Part shown: positions 31,641 to 64,000 of the stretch, one piece after another
How positions within the stretch are numbered: position 1 is the first letter of the stretch
Layout of the letters: every line of letters begins with the position of its first letter
Origin: Amoebidium appalachense
Lineage: Eukaryota; Protista; Ichthyosporea
NCBI GenBank assembly: GCA_963693365.1
Contig: CAVNZM010000006.1
Location: forward strand, 9,799,355 to 9,863,354
Reading direction: 5' to 3'
DNA length: 64,000 bases
Notes under the pieces: generated by a model
What the model saw: only the letters and a program-made list of their open reading frames with translations
Told to the model about the DNA's origin: nothing
Databases searched by the model: none
Made by a program: the position numbers and the translations under genes

Positions 31641-33215
31641 CACCAGATAGGCTCGTAGCCAAGCAGCCCCTCCTTTCAGCATCCCTCAATATAGAACACA
31701 ACACGTCTAAGTAAAACCGTTAATGCACACACAAACACGAACACGCCACTACTCCAAGCACACAACACATGCACACACATGTCCACATATGCAGGCAAGC
31801 ACATACCCATAAGCACTCATCCAATATAGACTCTCCCGCAACACTCACACAGGCACCAAAAGGGCACGTTTCATGTTTAACTGATGCCTCCGGCCCACCA
31901 GACCCACCAATGCCCACCCCTTGCTCCCCACTTACCCCGCCAACAACACACCAACTTGAGCATGACGGGCACGTGCGAAAGACGAACACACGAGAACAAA
32001 GGCAAGCACGAACACATATGCACACATGCATATACCCACACATGCATGCATGGCGGCACGCACGCACGCATCCAGGCACACACACACGCACACATGCACA
32101 CGGGCATGTTTCCATGTTAAAACAGCCGTCTCCACTGTGAAAGGAACCCCTCCCCTTCACTCCTCCTCTCCCTCCCCTTCCTTTCCTGCCCTTCCTCCCC
32201 CCCCGCCTCCCCTCCATACCCTCCTCCTGTCCCCCCCCCCTCCCCCCCCCAGCTGCCAAGATGCCTTCCACCTACCGGTTGGCGAAGGGATCCTCGACCA
32301 TGCCAGCACCCCCTCGTGGCATTGGAAATCCAGGCACGGTTCCGCCGAACAGAGCCATCCCCTCAGGCATGGGGCCACCAGGCCCAATAGGCATGGACAT
32401 GGCCGCAAATATATCCCCAGGGAGCACCATCGCAGGACGACCCCCCGGCTGCCTTGGTCTTGCCCCCCCCGGGGGAAGCCAGTATGGCTGAGCCTGTGCC
32501 GGTGCTGGTGCTGGTGCCTGTGGTTGCGCTTGAACATGGCCAAGCATGGATCGAACCATAAACGAAAGTGGATCATCTGGATCGCGGTGAACTGCAAACG
32601 GTTGCTCTTGCTCTCTGTCAAGCTGCTGAAAGGGGTTGAAGGGACCCTGCTGTGCCTGTGCCTGTTGGGCTTGCTGCTGCGCCTGACGTTCTTGCTCCTC
32701 CTCTTCACGTCGCATCTCCAGAAAATCCTCTGCGAAGAAAACGGTGTTGGTAACAAGCCTTGACTACCAACCAAATTATAAGCACAAGGTTGAGAAACAA
32801 ACAACAAGCCCCCAACCCACTACCACAGGACAAGTACTCGTGCTTGAGCACCAATCAAAAAGGGCACATGTGCTTGCACCAGTGAGCCCACGGGCATGTG
32901 TGCACTCACATGTATAGCCCACAGATTTTCACGCAGAAACCCGTTGGAGCATGCACATCAATGGCTGCACACATGCAGACAGCAACCAAATGCACAGGTA
33001 CAAAAAACAGCAGTTTTCACTAAAAAGAAAATCCAGACAACTCTGTTGTGAGTCCCCTTGCTCATTCTTCCCCACTCACCTCCAATTTGCTCGATAAACC
33101 CGCCGTGACACTCCGAACAGGCATACTGATTCATGTCCACCACAACCTCTTGGTCGCAGCTGTGGCACCAATACCGGTCGTTTGGGTCCACCGGGTTCTG
33201 AGTGGCCACACTCAT
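27858..33215 (-). CDS. RNF115/RNF126-like RING-H2 E3 ubiquitin ligase with N-terminal zinc ribbon
   Basis: Exons 33215-33080 (RYWCHSC..CSECHGGFIEQI), 32729-32276, 31541-31474, 30830-30754 (DYAWGPEGLDHIITR), 29850-29760, 29041-28923 (CAVC..LPCDHLFHNDCIVPWL), 27941-27858 (HGTCPVCR, TAG). All junctions GT-AG and in phase. Confidence 0.92.
28188..28797 (-). repeat. Structured interspersed repeat family, 1.3 tandem copies (454-bp period), in the last intron of the RING gene
   Basis: ttgaatgcggaacacggtacgaag starts at 28188 and 28642; it is the reverse complement of 46274-47113. Confidence 0.92.
29951..30038. repeat. 44-bp perfect tandem duplication in an intron
   Basis: ggataacaaaatgcagattgtgcaaagcacacacaaatgatgtc at 29951 and 29995. 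Confidence 0.9.
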
Positions 33216-33922
33216 GTTTGCTGCTTGCTCCTCCGCAGCAACACCTTAACAGCTATCGCCCTGCAGTTTGACAAGGGTGCAAGCAAAGAGCCACAACCTC
33301 TAACAATTTTCCCCTTATGTTCTGCTTCCTCTCTTTCCAACCCTATAACATTTATAGGCACTTTTTTCCTGGTTACAACATATAAAAAAGAGCGGATTCA
33401 AAGACGTGTTGGGGTGCAAAAAGTAACAGGCCAGTTCAAGTCAAAGTGGTGACTGGTCAGCTGTGAAGTGGTGTCTGCGTCAAAGGAAAGCTGGCATTGC
33501 AGAGCGGGCTTATAAGCGCATGATAGCAAATCTACTAACGAGTATGCAATTGGGTTTGACTAAATGTTAACAGATTAATATTCATATCTACGGCGATTTT
33601 ATATTTTTAACCTCACGGAAGCTTTCGCCGCATAGTCCTTACGTAAACGCAGGACAACGGTGAAGTTCCGGGGAACTCTAATTGCCTTTTCTTTTGGAAG
33701 CAAGAGGTTTTGAGGTGTATTTACAAGGGGTTCATATGTATGAATATGTATTTCTAAAAAAAAACCTTATCGTCTTAGTCTCACATGGAAAAACACCCCT
33801 ATGGCGCAGGTTAGGAAGGGAAGTTTAGGCAGTCGAGTAACATCATCACAGTTCGGGCCTAGGGAGTTCTCCCATCTAAGACACACACGTCGGTGCTGAA
33901 TAAGCTTCAACACATCTTCAAC
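33216..33922. promoter_or_regulatory. Putative bidirectional promoter between the RING E3 gene and ZDHHC6
   Basis: Head-to-head ATGs at 33215 (-) and 33923 (+); the interval is AT-richer and microsatellite-free. Confidence 0.5.
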
Positions 33923-35043
33923 ATGTGGAAGTGCAAACTACCAAAGCTTTGCCACTGGGGTCCTGCACTTGCCTTGGCCCTTATCTTTGGCATTAGTGCG
34001 GTTGGGGTACTCATTCTGGTCAGAACATGGCCTCCTACGTTTGCCATGACAGCCCATCTGCTTGTGTTTGCGTGCGAAGTCATCCTTCTTCTCGTCAGCT
34101 ATTTTTTGGCTATATTTCTGGGACCAGGTAAGATTTTCTCCCGCAAATAAGCACGGTATCTTTGGTTCTCTGGCTGATGGTACACTTTAGTTCTGGCTAA
34201 GTTAACCATGATCTTGATATGCTTAGATCCAATCACATTTCTTGCTCTTGCTGGACTTGGGAGGCTTCATATGTTTTGTTTCTCTTTCAATAAAACACTG
34301 CATAGTGGTTCAGTGCCCATCCTTCGAGTTTGTTTTATAACGCCTTATCATACACCTACACTGACTAAGACCTCAACCCTCCCCCCCCCTCCTCCCTCCC
34401 CCCCTCCCTTCTCCCCCCCCCCCCCCCCCCCCACCACCACCACCACCACCACCACCATAAACTCGCTCTTCATCCCCACCCCCTCCCCCTTCCCAGGACC
34501 TATCCCGCAACCATGGAAACCCAATCACCCAGAAAAGCACCAATATTGTCACCGCTGTGAAAATTACAAGCCCCCACGCTCACACCACTGCCGGATCTGC
34601 GACCGGTGTGTTTTGAAAATGGACCACCATTGCCCCTGGATAAACGGCTGTGTGGGACACAGGAACCACCGGCCTTTTGTCCTATTTCTGTGGTACGTGT
34701 GTGAGGCAACAGGGCACGCGCTATACTTTGCTGGCTGGCGGATGTATTATGTCGTCAAGGCCCGGCTGTGGAGGTATCCTGGGCACTACCTGGACGTGCT
34801 GTTTGTGCTGCTTATGGGCGGGGCTGTGTTTATAGCCGTGGGCATACTGCTGTACGACCAGCTGAAGGGCATACTGCGCAACAAGACAGACGTGGAGGTA
34901 GGCCCATACTTGGCTCGGTGCCTGCACTCTGCTGCTGTTACTTCACACCCCATCAGGCTGCAGATGCAGCACGCTCACTGCCGTATACGTGTTTGAAAGG
35001 CTTACACCTGATGAACAGCGTGGCATATAACCTCTTTGGCTTT

Positions 35044-35140
<97 letters not shown>

Positions 35141-36601
35141 CCCTCCCCCTCTCTCGTGCGCCCCTTCCCCCTTTCCCCCCCCCCCTCTCCTTCTCTCCCC
35201 CCCCCCCCCCCCCTTCGGGGCCTTTCACTTACTCTTTCTTTCCCCCCTCCCCCCCTCCCCCCCCCCCCCCTTCCCCCCTCCCCCCTTCCCCCCCGGCTTT
35301 CATTCATCCACGATTTGCTTTTTCTCCCCAACAGATGAGCGAGGCCATTGGCTGCCCCCCCACCCATCTTTCCATTTGCGCACTCTCACACATTCTCCTT
35401 CCCTTCCCCTTCTCCCCCCCTCCCGGCCCTCTCCCCTCCCTCCCCCCCCCCCCCCCCCCCCCCTCTGCCGTGACGTGCTCTACTCTCTTACGACGACTGT
35501 TAGGTGCACAAGGACATCCTTGTGTCTCTTTTCCCTTTCAGCGTCTGTAGCTCTTCGCCCCTCCCTCTCCCTTCCCCCCCCTCTCCCTCCCAGCTCACGT
35601 GTCCACTCGCTGCCTTTGCCCTTCCCGGGTCTGCTTTTCACTTCGTGCTGTGTGCCACACCATCACTCTCACTTTCACACTGGTGCTCTTTCCATGACCA
35701 CCTGAACACAAGGCACAAAATACTCCTAATGATCAGGGACCCGTGGGCGGCGGGCGGCGGGCGGGGGGGGGGCAGGGGATGGTTCCCATCAATCTGAAAG
35801 ACACATAGATGAATTCCTCCATTATCCCCCTTCTTGGTGTTGTGTTTTTTTCTCCCCCTTTAGTCCCTTTTCACTGATCCTCATTTTGTGTATTTGTACT
35901 TCAGAAGGTGTGACTCATCTTACTCTGACCCTCCCCCCCCCCCCCCCCCCCCCCCCCCCCCATCATCCCCCCGAACCCCGTTCCTCCCTGGACCCTTCTT
36001 CCTCCCCCCTGAGTGCCGAATCTCCTCCCGTTCCTCCCTCCCCCCCCCCACCCACCCACCCACCCACCCACCCACCCACCCACCACCTCCCCCCCCCCCC
36101 CCCCCCCCCCCCATCATCCCCCCGAACCCCGTTCCTCCCTGGACCCTTCTTCCTCCCCCCTGAGTGCCGAATCTCCTCCCGTTCCTCCCTCCCCCCCCAC
36201 CCACCCACCCACCCACCCACCCACCCACCCACCCCCCCCCCCCCCCCCCCCCCCCCCAACCCCCCCAACCCCCCAACCCCCACCCCCCTCCCCTCCCCTC
36301 CCCCGTCCGTTTTTCTGGCCTTCTACCCACCGCTGCATTCTCACTTTATTTATTTTTTGCTCTGCTCGCATGAGTGACCCTGCTAGTCTCTGATCAAGAC
36401 AGGTTACCCAACCACCGGGTTTTGTGTGCCGGGTGACTGGCTAAAAAAAAGAAAACCCGGATACTTTGGATCTATACCCCCTCGAAAACGTCTTTTGCTT
36501 GTGTTGCTTTGTGCGTGTTCATTGTGCATATCTGCATTATGCCACCTGTTTCTTATCTATACTTCGTACTGTATGGCTTCTTATAATAACCCCCCCTCCC
36601 C

Positions 36602-36632
<31 letters not shown>

Positions 36633-36841
36633 ACACACGTTCTATGCACACACAGAATCGCAAGCACCCATCCACCCAACCACACAAACACACACAGGCA
36701 CACACATTCGCGCGCACACATGCTTCCACATTCACACACGCGTGCGTACGCACACACGCACACATACACTTAAGCACCTCTTCCCCCCACCCACCCCCCC
36801 ATCCCCCCCCCCCCCCCTCCCCTCCCCAACCACCACCACCA

Positions 36842-36880
<39 letters not shown>

Positions 36881-37704
36881 GCTGGATTGTAGCCAAGGCC
36901 GAGTACCGTGAGCGTGACAAACCCTTTGTCTATCCGTATGATCTTGGGCGTCTGGCCAACATCAAGCAGGTGCTAGGACAACATGTATTCCTGTGGTGGG
37001 TGCCTGGGCCCACCCAGGGGGATGGCATAGTGTGGGCCGTGGTGGAGGGGTGCACACAGTGGACACTGACGGAGGAGCAGGTCAGCCAGAAGAGGGAGAA
37101 GAGGGACATGATGGTCCCTGTCGTCGCCGTGCAGAGGTTCAGAGGTGTGTCTCCTTGAAGGCAGCAAGCTGTACTTGTTCCCGTTATCCTCACCTTCCTC
37201 TTTCCCACGCGCTCGTCCCCCAAAGCGCTCTTTACCTATGCCTGCCACCATTCCTCTGCCATTGCAGCACACACACACACACACATATATCTCAGCACAG
37301 ATATCATTTTGTGTGTGTATGTGTGTATCGGTGTGTGTGTGTGGTCTTGTGTGGGTGGGAGGGTGGTTGGGTGGGCGGGCGGGTGGGTGAGTGAGTGGTT
37401 GGGTGGGTGGGTGGATGGGTGGGTGGGTGGTTGGAAGGTCGGGTATTTGGGCGGGCGGGCGGGCGGGCGGGCGGGGGGTGGGTGGGTGGGTGGCGGGCGG
37501 GTTGGGTGGCGGGCGGGTTGGGTGGGTGGATGGGTGGGTGGGCGGGTGGGTGTTGACGGTGGCAGTGGTGGTGGTCGAGGGCTGCGGTGAGCGTTCGGGC
37601 ACGAGGGTTTTTTTTCTTTTCTTTCTTTTTTCTGTTGTTTTCTTTCTTTCTTTTTTTTTTTTCCTTTTTTCTTTCTTTTTTTTTTTGTGTGTGTGTAGGG
37701 GGGA

Positions 37705-37737
<33 letters not shown>

Positions 37738-38347
37738 TGAGGGATACGAGGCCATTTCTCTTTATGGGGTTGCAGACTAGGCTCGTGTTTAGTTGTTTGC
37801 ACACACAGCATACACATGCACACGTGTTTGGGCACCCAGAAATGACACGTGCAACTACCACGATGTGGGAATGGAAACGGCTGTGATCTAATATAGGATA
37901 CGATGTCGGACAGCATGGCATTGTAGCTCTGCACATGCCCACCGATATTAATCGTATACAAACATTATCGTTACAAACATGTGCTTCATTAAAGTTGTTC
38001 ATTCGCAACTCTAATAGGTTCCCATATATGATAGGCACCTGTATTCATATTTTCTTCCTGCAGGGTGCCTGGCGTGTGGCTACGGGGTCAAGACCATGTG
38101 GCACTACCCCAACCTGGACGACCACCGCATGCCCCTGGATGTGGGCGACAGGGTCATGGTCTCCCGCAAGAACACACACTGGTACTACGGTGAGAAGACA
38201 CATGCCGGTGGAAAGGAGCTGCCCCCTGCTGAGAGAAAGATAACGCACGGGTGGTTTCCCTCTGTGTGTGTTGTGAGTGAGGCAAGTATGGCTGAAAGGA
38301 ACGGGAATGGCAAAATGAATGAAGGGGAGGAAAAGAAGGATAAGTGA
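33923..38347 (+). CDS. ZDHHC6: DHHC palmitoyltransferase with C-terminal SH3 domain (ZDHHC6-like)
   Basis: Exons 33923-34127 ([11 protein letters not shown]), 34497-34897 ([42 protein letters not shown]), 36880-37144 ([14 protein letters not shown]), 38064-38347 (SH3-like [24 protein letters not shown]). Confidence 0.9.
35961..36235. repeat. 151-bp-period tandem duplication in ZDHHC6 intron 2
   Basis: catcatcccccgaaccccgttcctccctggaccc...gagtgccgaatctcctcccg is identical at 35961 and 36112. Confidence 0.85.
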
Positions 38348-38849
38348 TGGCTGTAATTACAACACGTAAAAATTGCACCGTGGACTAGATCTAGATGAGA
38401 GTGGTGGTGATCTTCGAAGTTTATGGGATGTAGGGGTAGTGTATTCGGGCACAAGGGCAAATTCGATCATCCCTGTAAATATTATCAGTGCACTAGAGTG
38501 CTAGATCTAGGAATAGAGCAGTCGCAACTTGTCTGTTTAGCATGTAGTGGACCAGGTTGAGCTATGCCTGGTCAAAATTGCATTCAATTTGGTTACGAAA
38601 GGCTTGCTGGTTTTAATGCAGTGACACTGTGCACGTGGCCGACGCAAGACATGGGCAATACAATAGATCCTTTAGCAGCAATAATTGCTGTACAGACAAT
38701 TGTACATGTGCGGCAGACGAAAGACACGAGTGAAGTTCAGATGACAAAAATGTACCAGGAAATAACGTGGCTCGGCTGTATGAAACATACCCGCCCCACT
38801 GCCCAGCCTGCGTGAACACGAATTCCGTGCCGTGATTATCAGGCATGCT

Positions 38850-38888
<39 letters not shown>

Positions 38889-41800
38889 ATTTTTTGCAAG
38901 TTTTTGGCATGGTTGGGTGCATGTGGGTGGATCTCGATGGAGGCTGAGGAAAGGACCGGGGGAAGGGGGGGGGGGGGTTGGCCATGACCTGGAAGATCTG
39001 GTGGATAGGGTAGTGCAGGTGACCCACGTGCTATGTAGTGGATCTTTTTGAATCGAACCATAATTCTTGCATACTGCACGAAAAGCACAGATGGTGGTGG
39101 GTGGCTGGTAAATTTTTTGAAGGGTGCGGACGAATTTGTGTGCACGAGGGAGTGATAAATTTACGGAGGTGGATCCCGTCAACAGCCAAAACACATAAAG
39201 CCGCAAAAATACAAAAACCAGAAACCAAAATCAAACACAAACAAAAGAAACGGTGCTCGCAGAACACTTGCTGCCTATCATGGAGAGAGGGGTATGGGGA
39301 GGGGGAGGGGGGGGGCGGGGAGAGGGGGAGGCTGCTGTTCGGCTTGAAATTTATGTGCAAAGACCAGACTGTAAAAAAGGTTTGCAAATATATCAAGCGT
39401 GCGAGCGTCTGTATGTGTATGCTTGTAGTCGCCGCGGTGTGTCAGACAGTGCTCATACTGTGCTGCTCTGTGTGCCGTGGTTGATTCCTGTCGGGGTGCC
39501 AGCACCACAGAATTCTATACTGTCTAGGTGTAAACACGTGTACACATTTTTTATCTTTGTTAAATAAGGCCGACAAACCCCAGGGCATGTACCTCTCACA
39601 AATTTGTCAACCAATTAACGTCTCCAACAACCACTGTGGGAAGGGGAAGGGGGGGGAGGGGGGGAGGGGGGGGGGGGGGATAGAAGGGTGAAAAAGGGGG
39701 TATGTGAAGCGGGGAAGGGAGGGGAAGGGGGGAAAACTGCTACTGTACATCCATCCGTGAGACAACACTATTAAGTACCGAGAGTGCAACAGCAATTGCA
39801 TACTATCTATATAGGCACGTCCATTCCTTGTGAGTAGGTGTGTGTGTGTGTGTGTGTGCGTGCGTGTGTGCGTGTGCGTGTGCGTGTGCGTGTGTGTGTG
39901 CATGTGTTTGTGTGTGTGTGCTCGCGCACAAGCGTCACGGGCTTCCGCATCGTGTACAACAGTCGTACGCACGTGTGTATGTCTCTTATGTGTGCACGTG
40001 TGTGCGTGTGTGTGTGTGCGCGCGCGTGTATGTTGTGTGTTGGTGTTGGTGTGAGTTGTATCCCCCCCCCCCCCCCCCCCCCCTGTCACAGTCACAGTGA
40101 TCGTGTACGTGTGTCACCGTGTAGAATGCATGTACGTCTGTGTGCATGGTGCATGCGGATGTGTCTTTTCCATACCAAAGTGTGCTACGTATCCCTTTGC
40201 TCAAAATAAGAAGTTATCGTCGTCACGTCAGCCTCTGTTGTATGATGTGCCTGGGCGTAGGTGCCAAGCACTTGTGCATGCGGTGTCTGCGTAAAGCCCG
40301 AGCTTCTGCGTGTGCACGAGTGGATCCATGGAAGACAGCCGCCACGGTCACCGGTGGGCCACTGACGACACAAACACGGCATGATAAGCTATGCCTTCAC
40401 CTGAGTAGACTCTGGTAGGCCTACATGACCAGCAAACAAGCAAACACGGTATGCATGACCAGCGAAAGTGCCGCCCCAGAATGTCGAGGTTCTGAGCCGT
40501 GCCGGCCGGGGCCTGCAAGTACGATCTGATTGGCTCTCGCGCATAATCAGATGATTCAAATTCGGTCAGGTGGGTCCCCCAAACTCCTGGCGGTGGGGTA
40601 AACCGTATGTGTTTGTTTTCGAATTTGAAGTTGAATAAGTTGATGCCAATGGAACATTGCTAGTAGATGTTTGTTAAGTTATTATGGCTACATATTTTCC
40701 ATCAACTAATAACAGATAATAGTAAAACTAAATTTTTTCCAAGTTTATTGAGTTAACTTCTTGACTTCTGATTACTATGCAATGTATATGTATACCTGAG
40801 AGAGGCCCTAATGACTCTAGTAATTACTGAGTGACATTCTCTGGGACAATTCATTTTTTTACCAGAATAGCTGTGTAACCTGCGGGCCCGTTGGGATTGG
40901 TTTTTAGCTCAGATTTGGTCTGCATTGCTCTTTTAGAGGCTGACTTGCTTGCTGTGCCTCGATAGGTTTTGAGGGGGGCCTGTTGGGAAGGAGCAGTAAT
41001 GATGCATCTTCAATTGCAGGGTGTGGTCTGGTCAACATCGATGCATATGACTAGTTGGAGCAAACTAGTTTCACGCATACACGTACACTTACGGTTTTGC
41101 CCGCTGGTGTCCTTTGTCACTTGTTGCTTTATTTTTATTTCGTAGCTTTGGCTTTTTCAGTTCTATTGGTGGTTATGTAGCCTGTGGCTGCACGTTGCCT
41201 TCATCAACGGATCAATAAACCCGAGTCAAAAGAAGAAGTAACCTGCTCCATTATAGAATGAGTTTGGGGGATTAGCTTGGTGCGAAAGCATCCAATCAAA
41301 AGCAGCAAGCTTATCATTTCAGATTTCGAATAAACGTTTCCACCAGTTTGTCTAATTAAAAAGGATTACTAAACTTTAAACTGCACAAAATCATGCAGAA
41401 GAAAGCGCTTGATTCTGTCTTGAGTGGTTATTGGGTGATGCGCTCCTGGGAGCGAAAATAGGCTAGATTTGCAAATACCCTACAATAGCCTAGCAGACCG
41501 TTCATGTCCATCAAGGTTTTGGCTTTGTGGATACACTCTCAATTAGCAGGTCACAGACACGCAAATGGTCAAAGGACATGGAAGAATAGATTTGATAGTA
41601 AAACTTTGTAGTAGATTGTGCTTTGTAACTGTATTATAGTAGTTACAATACTAATATTGTCAGTAATCTTCGTACTAATCAAGCCAGTCTCGGATTTAAC
41701 TTAATATCCTAAAACGAGATAGAAAGCTAAATCAATCTTGGATATATTTTCTGAAGATGGTGATCGCCAAAAACACGCGGCGGGTTGTCCAGTAGAACTC

Positions 41801-42074
41801 GCAGTCCGGTTGCGTAAGCCCGCCAGACCGTGCTTTCGTGCATATGACACAGGCCGCCTGTGTCTGTTACAGTCAGTCGGTTGCACAGAGGAACACGAAA
41901 CTTGTTGTCTTCAATTTTTCAAGGCGTCAGCCAAAGCACTTTTTCGTCGTATTTTTTATTGTTTTCAGCAAAAAAAACCCTTCTTGGCACAGTCCAAACC
42001 CGTAGCTAAAATACGCCAATTGTTGTGATCTTTGTTCAGTGCAAATGTGCCTGTCGAACGCAACACTAGACAGA

Positions 42075-49332
<7,258 letters not shown>

Positions 49333-50005
49333 AAACACACTGCCCTCTGAAAACGATTATTTGCTACTTAGAATTTTGCTCAGCAATTTTCGTGTTCAGC
49401 TGTGCTATGTTTGATATAATATGGTTTTCCTTAGAAATGCAACATGTTTACATACAATTTCATTACGGACTTTGTCCATACGCGCGACAGACACCCCATA
49501 AGCATGGCGAGTACGAATTACTCGCAATGAACTCGTATTTAGTCAATAAGGAGGGTTGGGTGGCAAAATGTTATATGATGTATACTTGCGTGGTGCATAG
49601 CATGACTGGTTGATTATGGATCACATGATTTAAAACATGTATTCTCAGGCGTTGCTCTGGGGTTGGCCTCAGCGCAGGCACATCTTCATTATCAGTTTTT
49701 CCCGTTGGGTTTTTTCGAAACCTATTGATCTGCGGTAACTTGCGCCCGATATTCGGGAAACCAAGCCCCTGTTTTCTTTTTTTAGAATTCACTTTATGCA
49801 TGACGCCGACTCAGGTCTTGCTTTCTTTGTGAAAATGTGGAGACTGAAACGATCAGGGAGCTGCTGCCCCTGCATTCAAAATGGCATGTACACGTGTACA
49901 GAAGCTTATAAATCACAGACATGATATAGCATGACTGCCTTGAAATACTAAAACGGAATTGCAGGGGAGCTTGCTGAATGCATATATGGGTGCTACGTTT
50001 CCCAC

Positions 50006-50050
<45 letters not shown>

Positions 50051-50436
50051 CCCCGCCCAACCAAACATACGAACAAACACACGCACACAAAAAAATTCTC
50101 CCGCTGGCTTCTTCTCCGGACTCTCCCGTGCTCTATGTGGACTTTCGGCTCTCTCCCGCTCTGGTTGCTCTGATAAGAACACTGTAGGCAGGCAGCATAT
50201 GCATTGGCCCTATCACTCAACCCCAGTCAAATGATCTCTGGGGCCTCTGTGTCACTCGAGCTCACACTTGTGTAATCTCAAGGCACTGTTTTATTAAAAC
50301 TTGAAGCCCCGCAACTTGCACAATCATCATTGGAGACTCTGTAACAGTATAGTGCTACTACTACGGCACGGCACGGCATATGGCATGGTACATATTCATA
50401 CTTATTCATACTATATTAATTATGTGCACGTGCATG

Positions 50437-50524
50437 TACGGAGTGGGCCCCGGCGGGGGTTTTTGTTCAGGTGTTTCCACACAGTTGAACTTGAACAAAA
50501 ACTCCCGCCGGGGCCCACTCCGTA
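50437..50524 (+). other. 88-nt inverted repeat / RNA hairpin (36-bp stem, 16-nt loop)
   Basis: Arms 50437-50472 and 50489-50524 are fully complementary except for two G-T pairs. Confidence 0.9.
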
Positions 50525-51078
50525 ATCACCACACAGTTGAGCTTCAGGATTACAACGTCAAGTAGTATGCTGCTTGGATCCGAATTGATAAGGGATAAGG
50601 ATGGTGTAAATAATATTCATGACAGTCATTACAACATTACAAACACTCGTACATATCATGTACTGCACTCACAGTCATATCACACACTGCCGTACGTACT
50701 TAAACAGACGTACATCATGGGCGATCCACTTGAATACGAAAACATATGCATACGCACACACACGCGCGCGCAAAACCACACACACAAAAGCGTACATAGA
50801 CACGCGAGCAGGCACACAGAGACTCCGAGACACATAGACGCTCGAGCTAGATCATTGCACGCACATGCTCATGCACGTGTACACTCATATATATATGTAT
50901 GTACATTTATCAACACGGCACACATCCACATATTCACAGCGTCACCCACACGACGTACATCAACACATGCATGCGCACTGTCTCCCCCCCCCTAGATGTG
51001 TGAACAGTAAATGTTGAACAAACCCCGTAATATATAAGTTTATGTTAACACGTATCTAGGGTTACTTCATCGGCAACC

Positions 51079-51125
<47 letters not shown>

Positions 51126-51760
51126 GACGTACGTGTGTACAAAATGCAACCTAATGCAACATGTTATGGTTTATTGCAAAACGTGGACATACCTCATACA
51201 AGTGTGCACATGCATATGATGTGCAGAAGAATGCATAGCTCACACATGCTCGAATGGGTTTAGAGATGATCGGCTGGCATGCTGCAATCCCATATTCCTT
51301 CCTGCAACATGCAGATCCACACAGTCTGAGCCAGATAGCAGTGCAGCCGCACTTTCTTTTTCTTACCACTTCAAGTTCATTAATTCCATTGCGCATACAT
51401 ACTGTAACATCCGGAATGCTGGGGAGTTGACAACTTGTAATCTAGCAAAATATAAAAACAGTTCACACCCTCGTTATACATTTGCTAAAGCTACACACAC
51501 TATGCCACACCATTTTTTATATTAGAACATACTTTATATATACGTGACAGCTCAATAACCCTCGCACAAACTAGTGTAAGCCTGACCCTGGTAGCATATG
51601 GTTCAACTATACATCCATTCATCTACTTGCATGTCAGTGGAATCATTTCTTTCGGGGTCTTGTGAAACAAACATATGTGGCTCTCAATCGTCACACCATC
51701 ACAGGCCCGCTACATCATCCACCATATCTGTATGTCCATTCCTCCACCATCAACACACCC

Positions 51761-63695
<11,935 letters not shown>

Positions 63696-64000
63696 CTGGG
63701 GAAAGCGGCGTGTCAGTCTAGGAACCGGGGATCCTAGGGCATGCAAAAAGGCAAGTGAGAGAAAAAGGGAAATTTCAATGCAAAGGCATCGATACCAGGC
63801 TATGCATATACTCTGTGTTACGGGTGTCATGTACCTGTCACCCAGTCCCCCTTGTTAACTTTCTCTCTCATTGGCTAGTCTCAGTCTCGTTAGTCGCCAT
63901 TACTTCACTCCTCCACATTATCTTGCTCATGATTATGATTATTACACATAAAAAAAAACTCACTTCCGATGCATATTGTGTGTGTGTGCGTGTGTGCGTG

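Overview
Intron-rich eukaryotic genomic DNA whose introns are packed with (CA)n/(GT)n, (CT)n and poly-G/poly-C runs; most ORFs in the supplied track are microsatellite artefacts. Manual splicing gives seven conserved genes: the 3' part of ESF1 (+), DCPS (-), a KCTD-type BTB gene (+), an RNF115/126-like RING E3 (-), ZDHHC6 with its SH3 domain (+), KMO (+, 14 exons, two GC-AG introns) and the 3' part of cytoplasmic dynein heavy chain (-). There is also an orphan multi-exon coiled-coil gene (+, ~6.9-18.0 kb) with in-frame stops and frameshifts, whose last two exons each carry a copy of the ESF1 C-terminal tail. The gene content suggests a unicellular holozoan, possibly an ichthyosporean (inference only). 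The most striking non-coding signals are (1) a ~440-454 bp hairpin-rich repeat family found in tandem and as fragments at six intronic loci in five genes, always on the host sense strand and with pairing-preserving substitutions, and (2) an isolated 88-nt near-perfect hairpin (36-bp stem, only G-U wobbles) between the convergent KMO and dynein 3' ends. All coordinates were read by hand and may be off by a few bases.
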